Source of the DNA: Fibrobacterota bacterium
GTDB lineage: Bacteria; Fibrobacterota; Fibrobacteria; UBA11236
Assembly (NCBI GenBank): GCA_043753995.1
Contig: JAYUVP010000142.1
Location: 1-12,288 of the forward strand
DNA length: 12,288 nt
Direction of reading: 5' to 3'
A program made the position numbers and the translations under genes. The number at the start of each line of letters is the position of its first letter. The stretch's first letter is position 1. Of this stretch, positions 1 to 7,525 are shown piece after piece. A model generated the notes under the pieces. That model had not been told where the DNA came from, made no database searches, and was given only the letters and a program-made list of their open reading frames with translations.

Positions 1-98
1 TGGCTCAAGCGCTGAGCCAAGGTCGTCAATGCCACGACAAGATTGACTCTGTCAAGTCGCGTTTGGAACGACTGCTGGCGCAATTACCTGAAGAATAA
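1..98 (+). CDS. 5'-partial short coiled-coil protein upstream of zapA (ZapB-like positional equivalent)
   Basis: Manual translation from base 3 gives AQALSQGRQCHDKIDSVKSRLERLLAQLPEE*, with TAA at 96-98, 2 nt before the zapA ATG. The sequence is amphipathic with a heptad-like pattern. Proteobacterial zapA is typically preceded by such a gene. Not in the ORF track. Confidence 0.65.
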   Translation, partial: AQALSQGRQCHDKIDSVKSRLERLLAQLPEE

Positions 99-100
99 AC

Positions 101-415
101 ATGAGTAGCGAGAGTGCGAGTACGCTTGATGTCACAATCCTCGACCGGGAATTCCGCGTCGTCTGCTCGGAAGTGGAGCGCCCAGAATTGCTTGATGCGG
201 TCGCTTATCTTGATGAGAAAATGCACGAGATTCGCGATATCGGCAAGGTCATCACGATCGAGCGCATCGCAATCATGTCTGCCTTAAATATTGCTCATGA
301 ACTACTAACCACACGTCTCGGCACTGGTTTTGACATGAGTGAATTTAAGCGTAGAATAGATTTTATGGAGGCAACCATCGACGCATTACTTGCGGAACAA
401 GATGAGTTGTTTTAG
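101..415 (+). CDS. zapA: cell division protein ZapA
   Basis: 104 aa with ZapA hallmarks: LDVTILDREFRVVC, ELLDAVAYLDEKMHEIR, ERIAIMSALNIAHELL, and a C-terminal coiled coil ending EQDELF (betaproteobacteria-like). Confidence 0.93.
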   Translation: MSSESASTLDVTILDREFRVVCSEVERPELLDAVAYLDEKMHEIRDIGKVITIERIAIMSALNIAHELLTTRLGTGFDMSEFKRRIDFMEATIDALLAEQDELF

Positions 416-501
416 GTTTCCCCTACCACCCAGGGAACCCCCAAGAACCTCCAACCTTACGCCCCCAGCGCTTGTTATCTTCCCTCTCTAAGGACACTCT
501 C

Positions 502-1212
502 ATGCGGGACCCAGGTTTACGTGAGCAGGTCGCCCTGCTTCGCCACCGAATCCATGACGGCCAGCTCCCAGGAGTGGCCTCGCCGGCTTTAAATGAGCTG
601 ACGGATTTGCTGTTCAAGGCGGGCAAGATTTCGGCGGCCATGAATTTGGTCGAGAAGTATTTGGCCGAAGCCCAGGATTTGGAAGAGGATTCGGCCCCCG
701 ACGCGGATTTAGGCCGCAAGCTCTTTGAGCGTGGCCTCGAATTCGCCGATGCCTTTCTCTATGAAGAGGCCGCCGAAGTTCTGGATGCGGCCCTTAAGTT
801 GGGGCATTCGCCCTTTGAAACCCATTATTGCCTGGCCGGGGTTTGTAAAAGCCTGAGTCAATACGAAGAGGCCGAAAAGCATATTCGTAAAAGCTTGGCC
901 CTCAATCCGGCATTTGCGCCCGCCCATGTCCTGCTGGGGGAAATCATCAAGGCCCAGGGTCGTCTGGATGAAAGCATTACGGCTTGCAAGCGGGCTTTAT
1001 TGCTCGACCCGGAATGTTCGGCCGCCTATTATGACCTCGCCTGCTATTACAGCTTGGTGAATGAAGACGATAAGGCCTTGGCTGCCTTGGAGATGGCGCT
1101 TTGTAAAGGCTTCACCGATCAAGACTGGCTCAAGCAAGATCCCGACTTGATTTCGCTGCGGGCTCGTCCCGAATTCAGCTATTTATTGCAAAAGTATCGC
1201 CCCGGCGCCTGA
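502..1212 (+). CDS. tetratricopeptide repeat protein with C-terminal capping TPR
   Basis: Tandem TPR units (THYCLAGVCKSLSQYEEAEKHIRKSLALNP; AHVLLGEIIKAQGRLDESITACKRALLLDP) and a terminal YYDLACYYSL...ALEMALCKGF...LKQDPDLISLR motif. Start moved from TTG 472 to ATG 502, which follows AAGGA at 490-494. Confidence 0.85.
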   Translation: MRDPGLREQVALLRHRIHDGQLPGVASPALNELTDLLFKAGKISAAMNLVEKYLAEAQDLEEDSAPDADLGRKLFERGLEFADAFLYEEAAEVLDAALKLGHSPFETHYCLAGVCKSLSQYEEAEKHIRKSLALNPAFAPAHVLLGEIIKAQGRLDESITACKRALLLDPECSAAYYDLACYYSLVNEDDKALAALEMALCKGFTDQDWLKQDPDLISLRARPEFSYLLQKYRPGA

Positions 1213-1328
1213 AGGCCAGGCTGAGGTCGGTGTGTTTCGCCAACACGGATTCTTGTTCTAAGTCTTGGCGAGTTATCCTGTTACTACCTTTCCTCCCCTC
1301 TTTTCCGAACCCGGCTTGGTGAAGGCTT

Positions 1329-1456
1329 GGCGGTGCTTTGTAGCCGCCTTTCTCTAGTCTTTCGGGTCACGGCCAATTTTTATGTCCTGGCATCGCGTGA
1401 TGTCGATCAAGTTCAGAGGGCTGCCCGCTTCGGCGGAGCATGGCTCCTGGGAGTAA
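1329..1456 (+). promoter_or_regulatory. structured 5' leader and RBS of secDF
   Basis: Hairpins GGCGG..CCGCC (1329-1348), GGCATC-gcgt-GATGTC (1389-1404), CCGC-TTCG-GCGG tetraloop (1425-1436) and GGAGC-atg-GCTCC (1435-1447). SD-like GGGAG at 1449-1453. Function not established. Confidence 0.3.
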
Positions 1457-1457
1457 C

Positions 1458-4133
1458 ATGAAACGGGAAACTGGTTTTCGAACTTTCATTCTGGGCCTTG
1501 TCGGGCTCCTCTGCGTCGCTTGTTTGGTGCCCACCTTACTGGTGTTCTCCAAAAGCAATGACGCGGCCCTACCCCTAGAAAGCCGGCCTCGCGAGATATT
1601 TAAGCGCGAGCATCCCACTCTTTCGGCCCAAAGCCTGAATTTGGGTTTGGATTTGGCCGGTGGTACCCATATCATCGTCGAAATCGACAAGAGCAAGCTA
1701 GAGCCCGAAGCGCGTAAAGACGTGCTCGAGCGCTGCCTCGAAATCATTCGCAATCGCGTCGATCAATACGGTCTTTCCGAACCGGTGATCACCGCTTCGG
1801 GCGACAATCGCATCGTCGCTGACTTGGCCGGCATGGGTGCCGAAGACGCCCGGCGTCTCATCGGCGCCACCGCCATCTTGGAATTCAAGCTGGTTCCTGA
1901 ACCTATCGAGTTGCGCCCGGTCCTAGATCGCGTTGATGCCTTCCTCAATCGCCGAGGCGGCAATAAGACCGTGGCGACTCCGGGTAAGAGCGATACCGCC
2001 CGGGCCTTGGAAAGCATGTTTGGCCGCGTCTCCCAAGATTCGACCCACGGTAATGACAGCCTCAAAGCCGCGACTGCCGACACCTCGAAGGGTGCCTTAG
2101 CCGAAGCCCCAAGCGCCGCGGATAGCGCCGCCTCGGATTCGGCCGACATTGCCGCTTCGGTGGCGGGAGCTCGTCCTTTCTCCTCTTTACTGATTAGCAT
2201 GGGCCGTGACATCGGCGTCAAATTCGAGAATATCGAAAAAGTGCGCGCCCTCCTCGATGACCCCGAAGTGCAGCAAATCATTCCTTCCCGTTTTCAATTC
2301 TTGTGGAGCCGCGAAGTCGAAACCCTGGATGGCGGCGAGCGCGTGCGTCGTCTTTATTTCCTGAAGCATCGTCCCGAAATGACCGGCAATACCATAGCCG
2401 ACGCCCAATTCAATCGCGTGAGCGGAGGTATGACGGCTGGCGAAATGGAAGTCGAGCTGACTTTCAAAGGCATAGGTCCCAAGGAATTCGGTCGTATCAC
2501 AGGCGCCAATGTGGGACGCCAATTGGCTATTGTGCTCGACTCCGTGGTTTACAGCGCTCCTGTGATTCAAGGCCGCATTCCCAATGGCCGCGCCAGCATT
2601 ACCGGCGTGGGCAGTCCTTCGGAAGCCAAGCAATTGGCCGTAACCTTGCGTGCAGGTTCTTTGCCAGCTCCCATGAATATCGTGGAATTGCGTTCGGTGG
2701 GTCCGACCTTGGGCGAGGACAATATCCGCAAGGGCATCTATTCGGCCTTGGTTGCCATGGCCTTGGTCATGGGCTTCATGCTCTATTACTACCGCGTCGG
2801 CGGTCTCATCGCCAGCATCGCGGTTTTCTTTAATCTCTTCATCATCATTTCGGTTTTGTCGGCCTTTCATGCCACCTTAACCTTGCCGGGCATTGCAGGT
2901 ATGGTTTTGACCATCGGCATGGCCGTCGACGCCAACGTGCTGATTTTCGAGCGTATACGTGAAGAATTGCGGGCGGGCCGCAGCCTGCGGGCGGCAATCG
3001 ATGCGGGTTATAAGAAAGCTTTCAGCGCCATTCTCGATTCGAATATCACCACCCTCGGTACCGCTGCCATTCTCTATTATATCGGCATTGGTCCTATCAA
3101 GGGCTTCGGTCTCACCCTGATGATTGGTCTTTGCGCTTCGATGTATACCGCCATCGGCGTCACCCGCTTGGTTCTCGACTATATGCTCGACAAGTGGGAA
3201 TTCAAGAATATCGATATCGGCAAAGGCGTGGAATGGTTTCACAAGGTGGACCTCAAGGTCATTCCCCGCTCACGCATTTTCGTGAGCATCTCGGTGGCCT
3301 TATTCCTGGCATCCTTGGCCTTCGTCGCCATCAAGGGCATGAATCTCGGCATTGACTTCAAAGGGGGGCATGTCTACCGCGTGGCTTTCAACGAAGCACC
3401 CAATGTTGAATCCGTACGCTCTTCCATAGAAGCCCAGGGCCTCGCTGACCCGCAAGTGCAAACCCTCGGTACCAAGGGCGAAAACCGCCTGCTGATTGCC
3501 TTGCCTAAAGGTGAGAATGATTCGAGCACCAAGTTCCTTGTGCAAAAGGCCATAGGATCGGCGACCATTGAGGGCGAAGACACCGTGGGCCCTTCGGTTT
3601 CCAAAGACTTGAGCTGGGCCGCCATCCTCTCGATTGCGCTGGCCTGCCTACTTATCGTGCTCTATGTCTGGTTCCGTTTCGGTCGCAATGGTCTTGGTTT
3701 CGGCTTGGGCGGCGTCATCGCCATCCTTCACGACATTGTCATCACCATGGGTGTCTTTGCCCTTTTGGGCCGAGAACTCTCGCTCGATTTCGTGGCGGCC
3801 ATTCTGACCATTATCGGTTATTCCTTGAATGACTCGATTATCATCTTCGACCGTATTCGCGAGCTCGGCACCAATGCTTCCGCCAAGGAAAGCTTTGCCA
3901 CGCGCGTGAACAATGCCAATAATCAGTGCTTGTCGCGCTCCATCATCACTCACTTAACCGTGCTTTTCACCGTGGTGGTCTTGGCCAGCATGGGTGGCAG
4001 CAGCGTTCGGGACTTCAATATTGCCATGACCATTGGCGTGGTCGTCGGAACTTTCTCGACCATAGCCGTCGCCTGCCCCTTCGTGGTGTGGTGGGATCGC
4101 CGTCGCATCGCGCCTCCGGTGAAGGCCGCTTAA
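1458..4133 (+). CDS. secDF: fused protein translocase subunit SecDF
   Basis: SecD motifs LNLGLDLAGG, IIRNRVDQYGLSEP, LAIVLD..VYSAP, LRAGSLPAP, VGPTLG, GMAVDANVLIFERIREE. SecF motifs LGIDFKGG, VGPSVSKDL, GYSLNDSIIIFDRIRE. ATG 1458 follows GGGAG and is preferred over 1440. Confidence 0.97.
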   Translation: MKRETGFRTFILGLVGLLCVACLVPTLLVFSKSNDAALPLESRPREIFKREHPTLSAQSLNLGLDLAGGTHIIVEIDKSKLEPEARKDVLERCLEIIRNRVDQYGLSEPVITASGDNRIVADLAGMGAEDARRLIGATAILEFKLVPEPIELRPVLDRVDAFLNRRGGNKTVATPGKSDTARALESMFGRVSQDSTHGNDSLKAATADTSKGALAEAPSAADSAASDSADIAASVAGARPFSSLLISMGRDIGVKFENIEKVRALLDDPEVQQIIPSRFQFLWSREVETLDGGERVRRLYFLKHRPEMTGNTIADAQFNRVSGGMTAGEMEVELTFKGIGPKEFGRITGANVGRQLAIVLDSVVYSAPVIQGRIPNGRASITGVGSPSEAKQLAVTLRAGSLPAPMNIVELRSVGPTLGEDNIRKGIYSALVAMALVMGFMLYYYRVGGLIASIAVFFNLFIIISVLSAFHATLTLPGIAGMVLTIGMAVDANVLIFERIREELRAGRSLRAAIDAGYKKAFSAILDSNITTLGTAAILYYIGIGPIKGFGLTLMIGLCASMYTAIGVTRLVLDYMLDKWEFKNIDIGKGVEWFHKVDLKVIPRSRIFVSISVALFLASLAFVAIKGMNLGIDFKGGHVYRVAFNEAPNVESVRSSIEAQGLADPQVQTLGTKGENRLLIALPKGENDSSTKFLVQKAIGSATIEGEDTVGPSVSKDLSWAAILSIALACLLIVLYVWFRFGRNGLGFGLGGVIAILHDIVITMGVFALLGRELSLDFVAAILTIIGYSLNDSIIIFDRIRELGTNASAKESFATRVNNANNQCLSRSIITHLTVLFTVVVLASMGGSSVRDFNIAMTIGVVVGTFSTIAVACPFVVWWDRRRIAPPVKAA

Positions 4134-4159
4134 CTCAAGCGTTAAGCCTCAGAAAAATC

Positions 4160-4191
4160 AAAAGCCGGCGGTTCGCACTGCCGGCTTTTTT
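4160..4191 (+). terminator. rho-independent terminator, probably bidirectional
   Basis: AAAA-GCCGGCGGT-tcgc-ACTGCCGGC-TTTTTT: a 9-bp stem with one G-U pair, a T6 tail and an A-run on the other side. It lies 26 nt after the secDF stop, between convergent genes. Confidence 0.9.
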
Positions 4192-4291
4192 ATTGGGGAA
4201 GATGGAGGTCGCAGCGGCTGAAAGTCCCTTGGCCGTGCTGCGGGGCGGCCAATCGTCTGAGCAAATAGAACGCTTTGCGCGTCTAAAGCCC

Positions 4292-4888
4292 TTAGCGGTC
4301 CCTGCCTAGAATGCGGAATAGACGGACAGTCAATTCGGTGATGCGGGCTTCGCGCTCGGAGCCGAAGCGATTGCGCTTGATGACGTCGAGAGCCTCTTGG
4401 GCAAACATGGTGCTGCTTTCGTCATTGCCGCGCGAGGCTTGCAATTCGGCCAGAGTCCGGTCGATTTCAATCCAGGCCATGATGTATTCGGACTCACCCT
4501 GGATTTCGACGAGGTTTTGCGCGACTTGACGGGCGCGGCAATACCAAATCACCGCTTCTTCCGTATCGTTTTGGGCGCGAGCAAGACGCAGGGTATCGAG
4601 CAAAAGCGAAGGCCCGAATTCTCGCTCACCGTGGTGAAAGAAAAGCCGATGGCGCAAATCGCGCATGACTTCGAGCTGCTGAGCCTCTTCGACGGTGTTT
4701 ACGGCTTCGCTTTCGAAAAGCTCAGGAGTGGAGGCCCAACCGGCGGTGGGAATGAAGTCATAGGGTAAATCCTGACCTGGATTTTCCTCGCTCTTGCTTT
4801 CGGGAGATTCGACTAAGCTCAGCCAAGTGGCTCGCAGCGAAAAGTAAGACATCGGTATTTGGGGTCTCCTTACCCAAGAGTCTACCAT
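4292..4888 (-). CDS. hypothetical alpha-helical protein (possibly degenerate TPR-like)
   Basis: 198-aa ORF filling the gap, with protein-like composition and helical segments (TEEAVIWYCRARQVAQNL, LAELQASRGN..FAQEALDVIKR). Alternative start ATG 4852 has AAGGAG upstream. No family recognised. Confidence 0.65.
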   Translation of the reverse strand: MVDSWVRRPQIPMSYFSLRATWLSLVESPESKSEENPGQDLPYDFIPTAGWASTPELFESEAVNTVEEAQQLEVMRDLRHRLFFHHGEREFGPSLLLDTLRLARAQNDTEEAVIWYCRARQVAQNLVEIQGESEYIMAWIEIDRTLAELQASRGNDESSTMFAQEALDVIKRNRFGSEREARITELTVRLFRILGRDR

Positions 4889-4906
4889 ATCTTGGGTCAG
4901 GATGCC

Positions 4907-5004
4907 AGTTTTACCAAGGTCTGACTAAAACTCGTATTTCTCTAATTGATAAGGATTTAGGGGCATTTTGAGATGCTTGTGAGCTTTGGGGCAAGCTCTC
5001 AAAA
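4907..5004. repeat. cluster of intergenic inverted repeats
   Basis: AGTTTTA/TAAAACT (4907-4913/4926-4932). TTTTGAGA-t-GCTTG (4966-4979) pairs with CAAGC-TCTCAAAA (4992-5004) around a 12-nt loop. Confidence 0.5.
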
Positions 5005-5074
5005 CTCAAGCTAAAGCTGGGCTTTTTGAGCTTTTGCAAGTAAAAGTTGGAGTGAGCATTGAGCCTTAGAGCCA

Positions 5075-5827
5075 CTAAAACGGTAGGGTATCGAGATAAG
5101 CCTTGCTGACTTGAACGGCTTCCCAAATATCAGTAGCGCATTCATCCAGTTCTATGAGAACCCATTCGAGGGGAGCTTTGGCTTGCAGGGCCGCCGAGAT
5201 TGCTCCATGAATGTCCACCACGCCTTGGCCAAGCGCCGTCATGGGTAGGCCATGCTTGGCCGGGCCATCCTTGGCATGCAAGAGACGAACGCGCGAAGCA
5301 TAGTTGCGCACCATGGCGACCGGATCGAGTCCGCCGGTTTTCAGCCAATAGAGATCGAATTCCACCTCGGCTGAAGAACAAAGATCCAAGTAGCGACGGC
5401 CGCGGTCCACGGAAGCGAATTCCCAATCGTGATGATGCAAGCACATGCGCAAGCCTTGCCCCGCCAGCGATTGGGCTTGAGCTTGCGCCGATTGCGCCAG
5501 GGAAAGCATGTCGGCATCGTTGGTGAAAGGCGAGGCAGGAAAGCTCCACACCAAATTCGCATGGCCCAATTGCTGGGCCTCAAGTATTCGGCGAGGCAAG
5601 TCTATAGCCAAGCTATCGCCCATATGCGCGGCAGCGACCTTGAGATGAAAGGTGGTGAGGGCTTGGATGAGATCGGAAATAGGTAGGGGCAAGTCGCCAT
5701 AAAGCTCAACGCCTTGCAGGCCGAGATCGGCGCAACGGCGTAAGGTGCCAATGGGATCGCGCTGCCAATCGTCGCGCACGGTCCAAAGCTGTATGCCGAC
5801 GGAGAATGGATGGCGAGGGTCGGGCAA
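5075..5827 (-). CDS. sugar phosphate isomerase/epimerase (xylose isomerase-like / AP endonuclease 2 TIM barrel)
   Basis: GIQLWTVRD, GLQGVELYG, LHHHDWEF, EFDLYW, LLHAKDG, GQGVVD and WVLIELD match the metal-ligand pattern of this family. TTG start lies 3 nt after the upstream stop. Confidence 0.88.
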   Translation of the reverse strand: MPDPRHPFSVGIQLWTVRDDWQRDPIGTLRRCADLGLQGVELYGDLPLPISDLIQALTTFHLKVAAAHMGDSLAIDLPRRILEAQQLGHANLVWSFPASPFTNDADMLSLAQSAQAQAQSLAGQGLRMCLHHHDWEFASVDRGRRYLDLCSSAEVEFDLYWLKTGGLDPVAMVRNYASRVRLLHAKDGPAKHGLPMTALGQGVVDIHGAISAALQAKAPLEWVLIELDECATDIWEAVQVSKAYLDTLPF

Positions 5828-5830
5828 GGC

Positions 5831-6373
5831 TTATTTCTCGGTGAGAGCCTTAAGGTTGGCGAAACCTTTCTCGAAATCTTTGCCGACCATTTTGTCCATG
5901 CTGACGAAAAGAGTCATCACCTTATGCATATAAAGACTAGGCCCATACATGGCCCAGGTGACTTCGGAGGATTGGCCTTCATTCACGGGAGCCACCGTGA
6001 ATTCGGTCATGTTATGGCCTTCCATGGGCGTGATAAAGTCGAGTTTGAGCAGGACCTTACTGGGTGAAGCGGACTCGGTGATTTCCATGCGGCCAGAGCC
6101 CACTTTATTATTGCCGCTCCATTCGTAAATGGCTCCGACGCCAGATTCTGAGCCGCTAAAGGTTTTCTTCATTTCGGGATCGAGCTTGGACCAAGGTGAC
6201 CAATTATCCCAATGATGGAAATCATTCAGTACCGTGAAAACTTTTTCCGGAGGAGCTTGAATCACGGTCTTGCGTTCCATGCGGAAGCTATCGGGCTGGG
6301 TGGTGGCGTAAAGAAGAATGCCGCCGATGATTCCGGCGACGACGATGAGGGCGGTGAGGAGTTTTCGTTTCAT
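5831..6373 (-). CDS. SRPBCC (START-like, polyketide cyclase/dehydrase) family protein with N-terminal membrane anchor
   Basis: Hydrophobic N-terminus, then FRMERKTVIQAPPEKVF..LNDFHHWDNWSPW, GVGAIYEWSGN..VGSGRMEI and GKDFEKGFANLKALTE. ATGA overlap with the upstream gene at 6370-6373. Confidence 0.9.
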   Translation of the reverse strand: MKRKLLTALIVVAGIIGGILLYATTQPDSFRMERKTVIQAPPEKVFTVLNDFHHWDNWSPWSKLDPEMKKTFSGSESGVGAIYEWSGNNKVGSGRMEITESASPSKVLLKLDFITPMEGHNMTEFTVAPVNEGQSSEVTWAMYGPSLYMHKVMTLFVSMDKMVGKDFEKGFANLKALTEK

Positions 6374-7245
6374 GGCAAATCCTTGGCCAGGCGTTTAATG
6401 AGGGTTTCATGCACAAGACTATTGCTGGCGATGAGGCCGCATCGCAAGATGGGCTCGACTTGTCGCCAGTCTATGGGCATGCCAGCGAGATCGGTGAGTT
6501 GCCCGCCGGCTTCAGTCAAGATAAGACTGGGAGCGGCAATGTCCCATAAGCCCATGGGATTTTCCGCCGGGGAAATGAAGGCGGTATATTCGCCACGCGC
6601 GACTTCATTGATTTTGAGCGATCCGCTCATGCGTTGCGAGGGCGGTTGGCCGAGGCGATGGAGCAAGTCTTGCAAGCCAGGGGTGACGCGGCCATGCGAA
6701 GTCACCAGGGAAATGCTTTGGCTTTTGGCGACGTGCACGCGCAGCCAGGCTTGAGGCGTATCGGCTTTGTCATGAGTATCGGCAAAGGTGCGCCAGGCGC
6801 CTTGTCCACGTGCGGCGACATAGAGCTCACCTAACTCGGGCTTATAAGTCACTCCAGCCACGGGCTCGCCGCCTTCGCAGAGGGCCACGATGACGCCATA
6901 GTGCGGATGCCCGCGCAAAAAGCTGCTGGTCGAATCCAAGGGATCGATGACGAAACAGCGATGGGCGAGCCGCCAATCAACCGAGGCGCGATGCTGCAAA
7001 TAGGTTTCTTCATTGAGCAAAGCGGCGTCTGGGAAAGCGCTGTGCAGGGCGGCATCGATTAAGGTAGCGGCGGCATGATCAGCTTCGCTGACCCAGCTCT
7101 GATCTTCTTTTCGCCATGCTGAGGTCGCGGTTTGGGGGCGATGACGCATGTGAAGCAAAAGGCTGCCAGCTGCTAAAACGGCTTCTTGCATGGCCGCCAA
7201 TTCGGCTTGATAGGGCTTGGGCCCGGAACTCGCGTCGAAAAACAT
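6370..7245 (-). CDS. inositol monophosphatase family protein, CysQ-like 3'(2'),5'-bisphosphate nucleotidase
   Basis: FIG/IMPase motifs KEDQSWVSEAD, LLNEE, FVIDPLDST (canonical DPLDGT), YVAARGQGAW, SGSLK and WDIAAPSLILTEAGGQLTD. Confidence 0.88.
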   Translation of the reverse strand: MFFDASSGPKPYQAELAAMQEAVLAAGSLLLHMRHRPQTATSAWRKEDQSWVSEADHAAATLIDAALHSAFPDAALLNEETYLQHRASVDWRLAHRCFVIDPLDSTSSFLRGHPHYGVIVALCEGGEPVAGVTYKPELGELYVAARGQGAWRTFADTHDKADTPQAWLRVHVAKSQSISLVTSHGRVTPGLQDLLHRLGQPPSQRMSGSLKINEVARGEYTAFISPAENPMGLWDIAAPSLILTEAGGQLTDLAGMPIDWRQVEPILRCGLIASNSLVHETLIKRLAKDLP

Positions 7246-7247
7246 CG

Positions 7248-7260
7248 ACGCTAAGATTAA
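7248..7260. repeat. left copy of imperfect 13-bp direct repeat (ACGCTAAGATTAA)
   Basis: Matches 11996-12008 (ACGCTTAGGTTAA) at 11/13 positions. Lies in the 16-nt gap between the MNIO partner stop and the IMPase start. Confidence 0.45.
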
Positions 7261-7261
7261 G

Positions 7262-7525
7262 TCAGGGGACGCGCTTCCCCAACCACCTCATGATTCGGGC
7301 AATGCGGCTTTGAGGTTTGCGCGCGGCATATCCCTCTCGCTTCGCTCGGAATGAGCGGGCTGCCATCACCAGTCCAGCCTTGTCCACGCCTTCCAAGGCC
7401 ATGCGCTCACTTGGAGACAAATCCGCTCCATCGAGAATCGTCGCGGGGTGGGCTAAAAAGGCGGTTAGGTCATTGGGGTCCGCATAGAGGCGGGCTAGGG
7501 TTGTTTCCAATCCTTGTGCGCTCAT
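7262..7525 (-). CDS. small helical protein, putative MNIO partner
   Basis: 87 aa from ATG 7525, which overlaps the MNIO stop as ATGA with AGGAAG upstream. Sequence LETTLARLYADPNDLTAFLAHP...LSPSERMALEGVDKAGLVMAARSFRAKR. The partner role is inferred from translational coupling to DUF692. Confidence 0.75.
   Translation of the reverse strand: MSAQGLETTLARLYADPNDLTAFLAHPATILDGADLSPSERMALEGVDKAGLVMAARSFRAKREGYAARKPQSRIARIMRWLGKRVP

Noticed and set aside
416..501. Intact 6S RNA (ssrS) downstream of zapA
   Set aside because: Only 86 nt precede the next start, versus ~180 nt needed, and the C-rich sequence cannot form the long 6S rod.
1367..4309. Multiple antisense and alternate-frame ORFs over secDF (for example 2187-2870, 1763-2281, 2303-2833, 3926-4309)
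   Set aside because: Shadow ORFs of a GC-rich, clearly identified gene. None has recognisable motifs, and 3926-4309 runs through the terminator.
4911..5126. 71-aa minus-strand ORF in the intergenic region
   Set aside because: It overlaps the TIM-barrel gene end, has Ser/Leu/Lys-biased non-protein-like composition, and spans the palindromic region.
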